Below, one piece after another: positions 32,501 through 44,435 of a DNA stretch of 64,000 nucleotides. The translations under genes and the position numbers were made by a program. Source of the DNA: a virus (lineage: Duplodnaviria > Caudoviricetes); the IMG/VR virus record IMGVR_UViG_3300019371_000265, positions 1 through 64,000 of that record; one strand, given 5' to 3'. Position 1 is the stretch's first letter; the number at the start of each line of letters is the position of its first letter. Below the pieces are notes generated by a model. It was not told where the DNA came from. It was given only the letters and a program-made list of their open reading frames with translations, and made no database searches.

Positions 32501-34259
32501 CTTATTACAACATTAAAATATGCAAGATTATCTTTTACATCAACAGAACAATTATTGTTATCAGTTTCCATTCCAGCAATTTCAGCTAAGTTTATTTTGT
32601 ACTCCTCTTTATCAATATAAAGATATAAATCACATAACTTTTCCTCATATCTATAATTAATGTATCGCGACTTAATTCTTTGAACTAAATTAAAAGCAGG
32701 TTTGTCATCTCTTAAATATTTAATAATTCTTTCTAATTTTTCGAGTCTTTTAAATTTATTATCAATTTCCTCATAGACATCTTCAAGTCTTCTGTTTAAA
32801 TCTAATTCATATAGTTCCTTGTAGCATTTTGTTTTTTCTTCAAAATACGCATTTCCAGTTTTCATTTCTTCACAATAGTTAGCCCACTCTTTACGAAATA
32901 AATCATCAATATGATTATCTAGTCTTGTGTTAATTTTATTTTCATTCCAAAATAACATTTATTCGTTCTCCTTTTTATCATGTTCTACGTCTACTTTTTT
33001 GATAAGCACATATCTACCATTAAAATAGTCTATAACAAAACTATATTTCCTCCATTTTGATTCAGACTTTGATCCATCATCAATTAAAGCGTCAAAATAT
33101 ACCGCATCATCCATAAACTTCAAAGAACAACCATTCGGGTCTGCATATCGAAAGTCTACACCCGCAACTTCAATCTTATATTCCTCTTTATTCACATATA
33201 GAAATATTACATTTGACCAATGATGCCAATCAATAAGACATCCAAGATGAAATGAAACATCTCCATCTATCGAATATTTGATTATTCTTTCGAGTTTCTT
33301 AATTTTCTTAATTAAATCGGAATTATTACACTCAATGTTCTCTTTAATTTTATCAACATCTGTTTTTAGTTTTTCAAATTCAATGTTTTTCCTATTCCAA
33401 AACAGCATTTATCTACCCCTCTTTCTCTATAAAATTCCGATTCTATTCTGATATTCTATCGTACAAAAATATTGTGATAGTGTAATTACCTGAGAAAATA
33501 TTAGGGGTTATCATTACACTGTTATTAATATTAAACATACCCATTATAGTATCCTCTATAATTTTAAGTGAACAACTTGTTTTTGGCACAGATAAAGCTA
33601 CGGAATATTTGGGATCACTAACATCAATTTTCAATAAATGTTGCTCACCTTTATAGTATTTGGTGATATAATTTGCAACTTTCTCTCCAATTTGCTTTGT
33701 TATAGGATACAAAATATCCATCCATACTGTGTAATCGCTAAGACTTTCAGAATTTTCTATGTAAAATTTCAATCTATCAATATCGTCATTTTTATTATGA
33801 TGATACACATCATACTTATTTGGAACCTTAAAAACGTTAGTTATTTCATTTGTTACCCTCTGATCATAAACTTTTGATGTATTAAACATTTTTGCTCCTT
33901 TCTATTAAATATTTCACTGTCAAATATCGGTTTTACTCACTACAAATTCCAAATGAAGTAATAGTCATGTTATTAACGATTTTGTCTAAAAGATCAACAC
34001 TTTCACATGTTCCGCCATGCCAAACGTATCCATCAACCCAAACCACGTTTTCGTCTTCTAAAAATTTGATGCTGTCACATGTACCTATTACCGTAGATGC
34101 ACCATCTTTATCTACATACTCAAGTGGTCTACTGGTAAAGTTCTCGCATGCCTTTTTAATCGCATCAATGTTAAACATAATGCCGTTCCCATCTGGTTTA
34201 TCCACTGGGACTGGAATCTTAAATGTTACGCCTATGTATTCACTTCTAATATCTATCAC
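29546..34259 (-). other. Run of small hypothetical genes including tandem paralogs 32398-32958 and 32959-33408
   Basis: ORF track; paralogs share MLFWN, LERIIKY, LYxxKEEYKI and FxIDY. Confidence 0.75.
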
Positions 34260-34289
34260 CTTCTCTCATTTCTGAGTCAACTCCACATT

Positions 34290-34760
34290 TTACCGTGAAT
34301 TTAATAATTCAATTGCCTTCTTTACGTTCTTTTCTTTTAGCCCATATTTAAACGAAGTCTGTACCAATCTGTCCATATGTGGTTTCATATCATTGTCATC
34401 GTCAATAATTATGAACGACCCAACGTTCTCTCCGTTCCATTTCCTTAACCACGAATCAATTTCTTCTCCTCTGTATCCACCGGATAATATTGGTGTACGA
34501 GACATAAATTTTATTCCAAACTCGTTCATCTTTTCTTCTAATTTTGTGAAATGTTCTGCGTTTAACGACTGGTGATTATAGTCTCTGTCAAACCAACCCA
34601 TTCTCCATGTTGAAGATAAAACGATCTTGGAATCTGTGGCATCTACAATTTCTTTTAATAATTTAATCTTGTTATCGTTTACGAAGTAAATGCTTCCTAT
34701 TTTACTTCTACAACCATTAAAATTTAACACTCCATCTATATCTAAGAATATTACCTTAAT
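34290..34760 (-). CDS. HAD phosphatase, Swiss-Army-knife RNA-repair type (probable ATT start)
   Basis: FLDIDGVLN, IVLSSTWR, RGEEI, IIIDD, GL. Confidence 0.85.
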   Translation of the reverse strand: MKVIFLDIDGVLNFNGCRSKIGSIYFVNDNKIKLLKEIVDATDSKIVLSSTWRMGWFDRDYNHQSLNAEHFTKLEEKMNEFGIKFMSRTPILSGGYRGEEIDSWLRKWNGENVGSFIIIDDDNDMKPHMDRLVQTSFKYGLKEKNVKKAIELLNSR

Positions 34761-35028
34761 GCTTATCCACCTCACTTTTAATCACGGCATAATGCTCTTT
34801 GACATACTATTTTGTTTGGAAATTTTATAAGATTCAAAGTCTTGTTTTCCTGCGCCAACAGGTTAAATCACTACTGCTTCATCGAAAATATCTGCTACTA
34901 AATCCAACGCATCAAACTGCGCTCTATCGTTCTGGTATATGTATTCAGATCCGCATGTTACCGCCGATTCATGTTTCTTGGCGTACGTTTCGATTAGTTT
35001 AATGACCTTTTCTTTATCAATAACCATA

Positions 35029-35196
35029 TCATGCCTCCAAATTATCGAGTATGTCTTCTTTAAACGCCTTTGCGCTCCCGTACATTTCATCACACTAGGC
35101 ATGACCATGTTCAAAATCTGCATATTCATCTGCACAATCATCTTTAAATTTACAACCATAACAAGCAAGTGCCTGAAGTAATTCTACTTCGTTCAT
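35029..35196 (-). pseudogene. Small Cys-rich gene with in-frame TAG
   Basis: MNEVELLQALACYGCKFKDDC..HGHA*CDEM..NLEA; TAG at 35095-35097; GGAGG RBS. Confidence 0.5.
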
Positions 35197-36059
35197 ATAA
35201 ATATACCTCCATATTAATATCTGTGTTCATCTTCATTTACCTCCAACCGAGCATCACCATTGCACAATGCCCATGTGAGAATACTAATTACCTTTCTGAC
35301 TTCATTTTTAGTAAATACTGCGAATAAAGTATTATCATCAAAATCAACATCACTAGTATCTATTGTAGAAAAATCAGCATGATAGTTTGTAATATTATTT
35401 GGAATATCGTTATATCCACAATCTGTCCCGTATTCAATACATGGACACAAGTACGTTACTCCGTTAAAACCAAACTTACCTTCTCTTTCATAGTATCCGG
35501 TTTTAACCATAATGTTATCATCTAACACATTTGGCTCATATACAGTAAATACCGTACCATCTGGTTCTCTGAGGAACTGTTCTTTATTCATAATTCTCAT
35601 ATTTAACCTCTAAATTCACTGTAGAATTTCCCTTTTACTGACTCACTTTAACAATCCAGTTCATCAATACCCATAAATTCACTTGCAAGGAATCCGTCAA
35701 AAGCATCATATACCTTTTCGACGATCTCTTCACAAATTCCATCTTGTTCCATCTGGTCGGCAAAATCATCATCGCAGTTCTTAGAACCAAAATCTGTTTT
35801 TATATGCTTCTTTGTATACGTACTCCCATCTTCCAAGATTATGGTTTCAATACAACCACCTTTCGCTCTTTCAATCGTATATTTCATTATCCTATTTTCC
35901 TTTCTTAAAAAATTTGCGAATCTTCATTTTAATTGATCTGAATAAATAGCCTATGCCGTACACTAAGACCACAATCAAGAATAATCCAAGTGCAATTAAT
36001 CCAACAATATCTTCTAATCTAAGAATTAACATTTCAACCTCCTGTTTTTTATTGACTCG

Positions 36060-36839
36060 CTAGTTTGCTACTAAATCTGTCTGATTTGCATTGATTATCA
36101 TTTCGACAACCTTTAACTGCCCTTTGCCTGTTACGAGTGTTTTAGGCTTCACCATGATTTTATCACCTTGCTCAAAGGTAACTTCAATTACTTTAAACCA
36201 ACCTCGTTCTATGTATGTTTGATATGGTGTGTTGTCAGACATAAGAATTTTCTTATCCTTCAACATCTGGAATAGCCTATTTCTACCAATATCAATATTG
36301 TTTTTCTCATGTAACATTTTCGCCATACTACCCATATCAATAGAGTTGTCAGCTTTAGTTACAGTTGTTGCAAAATTTACAAGTGGCTCATTTTCTTCAA
36401 TTACCTTCTTCAATGGCTCCGTAATAACCTCTTCGAATCTTCTAACTGCCACAGCTCTTTCTATATCACCTTCCGCATTTACGATTGCTAAGATGGCAGC
36501 ATCTTTATTCGTCAACGAGTGTCTGATGGTTTCTTCCATTTTGTTAAACGCCTTGATATATTTAAGTTTCCATTCAAGTGCCTTGCTCCCGGTAAATCCC
36601 ATCACCAACAAGGAGAAGCCATCTCTGTTCATCAAGTATTCTGGATATTCACGCCCTCTGTCTGTTTTGTACGTGGACGAAAAGAGCATATTTTTCACGG
36701 CGGAATTTTCCGCTATGAGATTTCTCACCGTTTCAAGCACATCTTTATGCTGTTTTTCGAACCTTTCAGCAACCTCTCTACTACTCACGACGGGTTCCCC
36801 ATTATATAAAACTAAATTAATATCGCTTATTTTAATCAC
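36060..36839 (-). CDS. Rha-family regulator with KilAC/ANT antirepressor C-domain
   Basis: SSREVAERFEKQHKDVL, MNRDGFSLLVMGFTG; IGRNRLF, TLVTGKGQ. Confidence 0.9.
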   Translation of the reverse strand: MIKISDINLVLYNGEPVVSSREVAERFEKQHKDVLETVRNLIAENSAVKNMLFSSTYKTDRGREYPEYLMNRDGFSLLVMGFTGSKALEWKLKYIKAFNKMEETIRHSLTNKDAAILAIVNAEGDIERAVAVRRFEEVITEPLKKVIEENEPLVNFATTVTKADNSIDMGSMAKMLHEKNNIDIGRNRLFQMLKDKKILMSDNTPYQTYIERGWFKVIEVTFEQGDKIMVKPKTLVTGKGQLKVVEMIINANQTDLVAN

Positions 36840-37111
36840 TCTCCTTTTAATTTTTCTCCGTCAAATCTTGCATTTACTGGTAATTTAAATATAAGCCTAA
36901 TTTCCCAATATCCAATCAAGCCACATACAATAGCAATTACTGGCTGATTTCGTTCCTGTGTAGATCTTATCGCAATCCTCTTTTAATCCACATAGTTCAC
37001 AGGTTGCACAATCGCTCACCATATCCGCTATTTCTTCAGGAGATTTAATATTTTTCATACAATTTACCTCACTTAATTTAAATTCCATCAATCAACAATT
37101 TTACTTATTAT

Positions 37112-37204
37112 TTAATAACAATGTCCTGTGCTCCCACCACCATCACAATGACCTGCCATCTGCCTACTCAGCCTAACTACCATTCTTAAAAAATTAGTAT
37201 ACAT
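37112..37204 (-). CDS. 30-aa peptide MYTNFLRMVVRLSRQMAGHCDGGGSTGHCY, candidate RiPP precursor
   Basis: ATG 1 nt after the radical SAM stop, AAAGGA RBS inside the rSAM 3' end, repeated GHC motif. Confidence 0.65.
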   Translation of the reverse strand: MYTNFLRMVVRLSRQMAGHCDGGGSTGHCY

Positions 37205-37205
37205 T

Positions 37206-38060
37206 TTATACCCATCCTTTCATCAATTCACCATTCTCATAAACTACACCATACTTATTTTTCGGTTTTCTCAGAGCATTACCAATTACTTTAGCCCCAT
37301 CTCCCAAGGAAGCCTGTAATGTTTCCTCACACATAAAGCACGATCTTTTTAATAAAACAGGAGTCTTAAATCCATCTAATATTTCATTCATATTCAGATA
37401 AGTTTGGCAACCACATGAATACGGTGATCCTAACGTTATTCCGAATACCTTTTCAAATGATACAAATACATCTTTTCCATGTTGAATCTCAGATAGCTTA
37501 ATACTATTGAATCCCATTTCATCATAATGTATCAGGCAATTAGAAATGTCGTCTTTTGTATAGAGAAACGGTTTAACAATATTTAAATTTATTCTGATTT
37601 TCTCCTTGTATGGAAGCGATGCGTAAAACTTTTGCCTATCATATTTAGATTTAGTTCTTCTAATTTCATCGGCAACGTCTTCCTGATAGTGCTGCACCGA
37701 CAAATTAATTCCGTCAAGGTGCTCGACCAGCTCCATGAATTTGTCGTATTCGTCGTAGCATATTTTCGGAACCGATGTGGTTACGTAAAGTTTTAGCGAT
37801 GTGTTATCTTTAATTCTCTTAACGCAATCTAATAGTTCATCGAGATATAAACATGGCTCTCCTCCAAGAAACAACACATCATCTAATCCATCTTGATTAT
37901 CAATTATCGTTTGCGCTATTGCATTAACATCTGGCTTCGATATGCTCATTCCTTCATAACATTTATCAATGCAGTGTGCGCAATTATTATCACAGGCACT
38001 TGTAAAATGTACATCAAACGAATTATATATCCCGTCACAGCAATTACATTTAAGTTTCAT
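37206..38060 (-). CDS. Radical SAM protein
   Basis: CDNNCAHC (CX3CX2C), FLGGEP, extra C-terminal Cys (SCGC, SCFMC). Confidence 0.9.
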   Translation of the reverse strand: MKLKCNCCDGIYNSFDVHFTSACDNNCAHCIDKCYEGMSISKPDVNAIAQTIIDNQDGLDDVLFLGGEPCLYLDELLDCVKRIKDNTSLKLYVTTSVPKICYDEYDKFMELVEHLDGINLSVQHYQEDVADEIRRTKSKYDRQKFYASLPYKEKIRINLNIVKPFLYTKDDISNCLIHYDEMGFNSIKLSEIQHGKDVFVSFEKVFGITLGSPYSCGCQTYLNMNEILDGFKTPVLLKRSCFMCEETLQASLGDGAKVIGNALRKPKNKYGVVYENGELMKGWV

Positions 38061-38345
38061 TTTCTCTCCTTCTCCATCAAATTTTGGATTGACTTACTTA
38101 TTTGGACTTTTGGTTTAAAGTCTAAAGAATTCCCGTTTAAACCCGTTTGGATTTTTTGTTCCAAATACTTTTTCTCCATCAACCAGTACCTCATCTACGG
38201 AATAAAACATATCTCCAAATTCCCTTAATGCAACAAGGATTAAATCTTCTACGTCTCCTTTTGTATCATTTGTAGTAAGTGGTATTTTAATAACCATTTC
38301 TTTCATATTATACCTTCTTTCTCAAAGTAATTTCTAATTTGATAA

Positions 38346-38417
38346 ATTTTATTTCAATCTATATTTATATATTACTCCTCTTAAATAGCAATGTCAAGCA
38401 TTTTATTTCAATCTATT
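38346..38417 (-). promoter_or_regulatory. sigmaA promoter flanked by two copies of repeat B
   Basis: TTGACA (38397-38392)-17-TAATAT (38374-38369); repeats at 38400-38417 and 38346-38363. Confidence 0.75.
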
Positions 38418-39011
38418 AAGCAACTCATCTAAGCGACTCTGACTGGCGGATATAGATGCATGCAGCGACTCAATCTCTTTCAATCTCTCACGTTCTTCCT
38501 TCTCTTTTAAGAGTTCTTCGTTGACTCTATAGAAGTCATCTTCATAATCCCAGTATGAATGTTCGTCTCCTTGCCACCTATAATCCATCAATAAGCATGT
38601 CTTACTTAGCCTGAGAGCTGGAGCTTGCCAATCGCAATCATGACCACAGCAGTCTTTGTCTTCTCTGTAATCTTCGTCTCCTAGTTTACACCAACAATAG
38701 CCGTCACCAGGTCTTAAATCAATAAAAATTTCAAACTCATATGTACAATTTGATAAACTAACCAAAATTTTTCCAAGTGATAGATAATCTTTTTCGTCAT
38801 TTACAATATACCTAATGTCATAAAATTCAGACCCGCATAAATCGCTTAAGAATTCACTATCTGGATTTTTTTCCAATGATTGTTGTAGTGTTGCCAATAT
38901 AAAAGGAATATCTATTTCATCATCGTGTTTATCGTGTTCATAAGTTAATTCTTTTATAACCTTGTTAATAAAATTGCTTACATTATTTTCCACAATTAAT
39001 TCCCCTTCTCA

Positions 39012-39029
39012 GTCAAATTTTCGATTGAC
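39012..39029. repeat. Junction palindrome (repeat A), perfect-arm example
   Basis: aGTCAA attttcga TTGACt. Confidence 0.85.
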
Positions 39030-39044
39030 TTACTTATTCAAATT

Positions 39045-39326
39045 TCAATCTTGTTTATTACATTTAAAATGCTCACTGTCCAAAATAGTATCTAATAATT
39101 CTTCAAAAAAACTCATCTCCATCACCTCGATAATATTCGAAATCACAATTATGATTACTACATTTTAGGCTAGTAGACGTATCAATGACTCCCCAATGTC
39201 TTATTTTAACTTTTTTTGTGGTATTCCAGTTTCTGGGTTTATATACTGTTCTTTGTCAAACCCATGTTCTTGCGTTACCAGTAATTTTTCTTTACATACA
39301 GGACAATTATAATTTCTTTCGCCCAT
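39045..39326 (-). pseudogene. Frameshifted zinc-ribbon gene
   Basis: MGERNYNCPVC..PQK/KVKIRHW..CSNHNC; A7 run at 39211-39217 would need to be A8. Confidence 0.55.
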
Positions 39327-40023
39327 TCTCCACCTCCACTACAGTAAGACCATCTACTGCATAGCCGCCACGATATCCCTCCAGCAGTACGCATTCTGTA
39401 CCACATAAGTTCCATGATTCACTACGGACTTCAAATATTTTCCCTTTATTACTCTCTGCAACCCTGTATTTATCATTCATAACAACTCTATCTCCAATTT
39501 TCATAATTCCACCTTTCTCCCGATTCTCCGGGAAATTTTAGTATCAAATATTTGTTTTACGGTATTTATTTTGATTTAACATACATATTGATTATTGGCA
39601 CTGCGTTGCGCGAAGAAATAAAAGAATGATTTCTGTCTCCCTCTGGCAATTCAAAAGAATCTATATATGCTTGCGAAGCTTCTAAATTATCAAAGTCATA
39701 TTCTTCACAGTTAAAACCGAGCCACACTGGAGAACCAAATAGCCACCCATCAGCACCAACATGATATTTTCCACCAATCATCGAGTTATATCTAATACCT
39801 TCCCACGGCTTCTTCTCGCAGACCGAATATTCCCATTTGTCAACCATTTTCTTTGCCATTACAAAATAATTTTTAGTGATAGCAATTACCTTTAATGGTT
39901 TCTTCCAATCATTGATCTTTATCAGATCTCCAACTTTTACAGAGTCCAGAAGTTCTCTAGTGATTTCCGTAAAACATTCATAATCTCCCATTTAATCTTT
40001 CTCCTTATAAATTTTCTTAACTT

Positions 40024-40406
40024 CTACTCGTCAATATTCTTATCATACAAATATTCTAAAATCTGAAATTGGTCTGGAACATTTGTAACGCATAAATTCG
40101 AACATCTTACGAGATCAATATCGTTGTATCGCTTTTTGTATATTTCCCATCTTTCATCATCGCATAAAATTAATTGATCAAGTTCCAATCCTTTTTCGTT
40201 TGAGGAGAATGTATTGGAATCACTTTAGTTCCATCGTTAAATATTGCAAACGGATTCCAACTTCCAAATCTACATTCCACAATTTCTTCTTTGTTGTTAT
40301 TGCAGAACCACTCAAACAAATTATTTGTCAGTTTTGAATTATAACCCATAAATCCAATTACTAAAGATTTTGGCTCCGTTTCACATCCTATAATACACGT
40401 TGAAAT
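40024..40406 (-). pseudogene. Frameshifted hypothetical gene
   Basis: Two open frames joined at the A5 run 40192-40196 (..PQTK/GLELDQLILCDDERW..). Confidence 0.5.
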
Positions 40407-41184
40407 ACTATCACTACCCTTCTTTTATACTAATTATTTGTCCTTACCTTCACTCCACTCAGCAGCTACATCCGCATGATATTCGTTCATAAACTCCCAA
40501 AATGTATCTTCGCTTAATCCGTCGTCTGTATTATAATAATCGTTTTCAAAGCATTCTGAAACATAATCTCCGCATCTATCACACGAATGCCAACTATATA
40601 TCGTTCCATCAAATTCGTGTTTTGAATAACGATACTTTTCTCCGCTTTCAATTATCTTCCCGCAGTAATCGCAGACATGTCGTTTTTTAGCCTTTACCCT
40701 CTTACTCTCTAAGGTATTCATTTATTTACCCCCCCACCTCCGTTTCTCCATCAATCTTTGATTCTACTGCGTATTATCTATCTGAAAACATTAAGATCTT
40801 ACATATGTCATAAAAATTCCAACCAGAATAATGAATCAATCCTGTTTTAAACGTCACCTCATAATATTCAATGTCTCCATCTGAATCATATTCAATATCA
40901 CTAATTAAACCAATCTCCAAATAATGATCTTCTTGCTCGTCAATTATTAAAACATAATCATCCTTTCGAATTAATCTATTCATTTTCCCTCCACCATCTT
41001 TTCAATCTCGGTTTTAATAAAAACTAATTCTGCAAATCTCCCATCTCCATAGCCTAAATCATAAATTCCTTCTCCATCAAGATCGTCTGGTTCTTCTGAA
41101 TCTACGTTACCCATTTCTTCAATTCTCTTATTTAAAAACTCTAAAATCTTATCCATTTATCCTTCTCCTCATCAAATATAAATT

Positions 41185-41460
41185 CTACTTGGCTATATAT
41201 AGGCTTCCATCAGCATTGTACCTTGGACATATAGAAATACTCCTATGCCCTCCACCTAATTCTGTTCCAACTACAACATAGTTTACACCCGTATCATCAT
41301 CTACAATTTTAAGCGTTTGATAATTTCCATTCTCATTTTCAAACCAAATCTTTAGTGGGTTATCCTGTTTTGCATATGTATTTACCGATGCACAGCCAAT
41401 CAAAATTCCAGATATCATAAATGATACAGCTATTAAAATATTTCTAATTTTTGTTTTCAT
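41185..41460 (-). CDS. DUF6440-like small exported protein
   Basis: Signal peptide; VDDDTGVNYV..ICPRYNADG. Confidence 0.6.
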   Translation of the reverse strand: MKTKIRNILIAVSFMISGILIGCASVNTYAKQDNPLKIWFENENGNYQTLKIVDDDTGVNYVVVGTELGGGHRSISICPRYNADGSLYIAK

Positions 41461-42298
41461 TATTTCTTCCTCAACTTTCGCATTCTTTTACAAATGTTAA
41501 TCCATAATCTTCTTCGTCTTTCTGCATTGCGTCTCCTAGACTTTTTGCTTCTGTAATATCGCAAACACATCTCACGTCTTCAGATCTACGACTTAATTCA
41601 CTAATTAAATTATCTGCACACCATGTTCCATCATTGTAATGAAAATTAACTTGTTCATTATCCCAATGCTCTGGAACCGACAACACAGTTCTAACAGTAA
41701 AATTGACCACTACGGTTTTAGATCTTATTACGCAATCATCTTTATGTTGTTCTCCTAATAATCTACCACAATAAAAACACCTATCCGGTTCACCAGCTGG
41801 TCTCGTGGAAGATTCTGTTACTGTCCAATCATTTCTAATCATTGCTCATTCTCCTTTCATATCTCCGTCAAATTGGGAATTTATAGCACCACAACTCCAT
41901 TTTCCACTTCTATATCTAATTCGCTTAAATCTCTTGTTCCGTAATAATATCCACCGCCATCGGCATATTGAATTTCACATTCCAGCTTTTCATAATTACG
42001 TTTCTTTGCCCATTCATATAATTCTTCTATTGTCATCGTTATTACCTCCAATTTTTATTCCAATTCACATAAAGCATCAATTGCATCATTCTTTCCTTTA
42101 TTAATCTTTTTGATTGCAGAAAGACTTGCCAGACACTCCTGATTCTCTGAGCATAAAGAGTCATAATCTCCCATCACCGCCGAATGAAGAGTCATATATA
42201 CTTTCTTCTGTAAGTTCTGGCTATATATTTCTTTTAATATTTCTTCAAATGTCATATCGTATACCCCTTTTCTCTCTGTCAAATAAGAGATTGGCTGA

Positions 42299-43084
42299 CT
42301 ATGCAGCCATGTACTCTTTTCTTAATTTTTCTGTTATCCAAATCTGTCCTTTGCCCGTGACAAGTGTCTTAGTAAATACTTTCGTCCCGTATGCAGTATC
42401 TTTCGTTGTTTCTATAACGTCAAAATAGTTACTTTCTATGTATTTCTGATAAGGAGTGTTATTACTCATCAAAATCTTGTTATTACGCAACCATTCGAAT
42501 AATTTATTTCTCCCTATATTAATGTGTTCATTATGTAATACCTTCGCAAGTTCACCAATGTCAATCGTATCAGACGATTCTGTAACATGTGCCGCAAACT
42601 CAACCAATGGTTTCTGTTCTTCTAGCTGCCGGTTCTGTATAGCTATAATCTCATCTTTTTTCTTTAGCGTTTCTGAAGCAATGATAAACGCTCTTGCTAG
42701 AAACTCTTCATTAGATTCGTTTTCCTTTACGGGAATGTAACCTCCGGTCTTCCTGATCTGTGGAAGCACCTCATCAAAAAGCCATGTTTCAAACTTTTCA
42801 GCTGAAGGCAATTTACTGTGAGTAATCAATCGGTAAACATTTCCTTCATTAATAAATTTAGCATCCTGTTTTCTTCCCACAGAATCTATGACTGGGTAAA
42901 ACGCCCACCCATCTTTTTTACAGTGTGTTTTAATTGCTTTGGGTGAATCGGCATAACCAAGTGCTTTTGCAACATCAGTTCCACAAAATAAAATCTTTCC
43001 ATCGTCTTCAACTGTTCTTACCTTTCCAAATTCCTCATTCTCAAAAATCTTCAAATCCATACTTATAACAATCCTTCCTCTCAC
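42299..43084 (-). CDS. BRO-N plus KilAC antirepressor
   Basis: FENEEFGKVRT, DVAKALGY, SKLPSAEKFETW..EVLPQIRKTGGY; IGRNKLF, TLVTGKGQ. Confidence 0.92.
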   Translation of the reverse strand: MRGRIVISMDLKIFENEEFGKVRTVEDDGKILFCGTDVAKALGYADSPKAIKTHCKKDGWAFYPVIDSVGRKQDAKFINEGNVYRLITHSKLPSAEKFETWLFDEVLPQIRKTGGYIPVKENESNEEFLARAFIIASETLKKKDEIIAIQNRQLEEQKPLVEFAAHVTESSDTIDIGELAKVLHNEHINIGRNKLFEWLRNNKILMSNNTPYQKYIESNYFDVIETTKDTAYGTKVFTKTLVTGKGQIWITEKLRKEYMAA

Positions 43085-44295
43085 TTATATGTTTTTATTT
43101 TTAATTCACCGTCAAACCAGACTTCGACAGTGTCATTTCAACCAATCTTTTCAACTGTTACTTTGAATTGTTCTCCAAGTTCAACTTTTCTGCCTAAAAT
43201 TTCACATATCATTCCTTCTGCGTAATATGATGATTCTCCATCACTCAAGTAAAATATTTTTTCATAACAATCATAATCATAATCTGAAGATCTTTTCCAA
43301 CATAACTTGCCTTCAACTGTTTTCTTTTCCATTAATTTCACCTCCTGCAAAATCAGCAATCGACTGTTTTATTTTCTGAAATCTTTGTTTTCTTCACAAA
43401 CAAACCTAACTGTTCCGCATATTGGACATATCTTAAATTTCTTGTGCACCGCAGAATTGTACCACTCTTTTTCTTCTCCCATATGTCCACACGCAGCGCA
43501 TTGAATTTTTTGTTTTGGTGGATTAAATACTGATATAATATCGTCGCCCATTTTCATTCTCCTTTCACGGTAAAATCCGAGATTGACTTACAAATTTAAC
43601 CCACAACTCTTTCTCCGCACTTGTTTAAACCATAATCCACATATGCCTGTTTTAACTTTGGGATCAGCTCCTTGCTTGATTTTGAAAAATGAGACTCATT
43701 GCACCATCTGATTCCTGAAATCTTATTGTCTTTGACGCTTATGATACAGGAGAAGATTCCAGCTTCGAAATCATCATCACTGAAATAATAAACATCTTTC
43801 GAAATGTTGATCATTGCATTTATCCTGCGTTCAATAATTTCTCGTTTAAACTTCATTCTCTTGCATCTCTTAGATGATTCTCTATATTGTTGCTCTGCTT
43901 CATCTGATAAGGTATAGTATTTCATTACGTTATTCCCCCTCATTACAAATTAATTTATTTACCAATGTTAAGACAATACAGAATAAAATAAATAGAGAAA
44001 ATCCCAATAAACTAAAAACTGAAACCCCAAAATTGTCACACACAAGATTAATAAATACGCCAGACAATATACACACCATGTCTCTGCTAAGCTCAATAAG
44101 CTCAATCTTCCTCTTGCGAAAAACTATTTTGTACAATACTGCCGCTGTTAAAAAACAAAATACTGCATTAATTCCATTCATACCTATTACCTATCCCTTC
44201 TCCATCAAATACGAATTTTACATCATCTGTTAACGTGCTACATCTTTCGCATTATCTCTCCTTTTAGTTTGCAACATTTTATTTCAAATTATCAG

Positions 44296-44367
44296 CAGGG
44301 CTAGTTGGATTTGAACCAACGAATGCAGGAGTCAAAGTCCTGTGCCTTACCGCTTGGCGATAGCCCT
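44296..44367 (-). tRNA. tRNA-Gln(UUG), CCA not encoded
   Basis: AGGGCTA/TAGCCCT acceptor, GCC-AAGCGGTAA-GGC D arm, CAGGA-CTTTGAC-TCCTG anticodon arm, GTTGG-TTCAAAT-CCAAC T arm. Confidence 0.95.
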
Positions 44368-44435
44368 ATATTTACTTATCTTTTTATTGGGAATTCTACA
44401 TTGACTAATGCTACGAAATTTGCTATAATTTAATG

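Noticed and set aside
34863-35168. 101-aa ORF in the track
   Set aside because: It appears to be a chimera of an off-frame stretch and a short real gene starting MVIDKEK after GGAGG.
13644-41017. Near matches to repeat A at 13644, 15172, 35916 and 41001
   Set aside because: Spacer is 7 rather than 8 nt or the arms are too degenerate for AT-rich DNA; not counted.
4641-44367. Stop-codon recoding (TAG to Gln or TGA to Trp)
   Set aside because: Many genes, including ligA, dnaE and mazF, end cleanly in TAG and others in TGA; the tRNA-Gln anticodon is UUG, not CUA; only two in-frame stops were seen.
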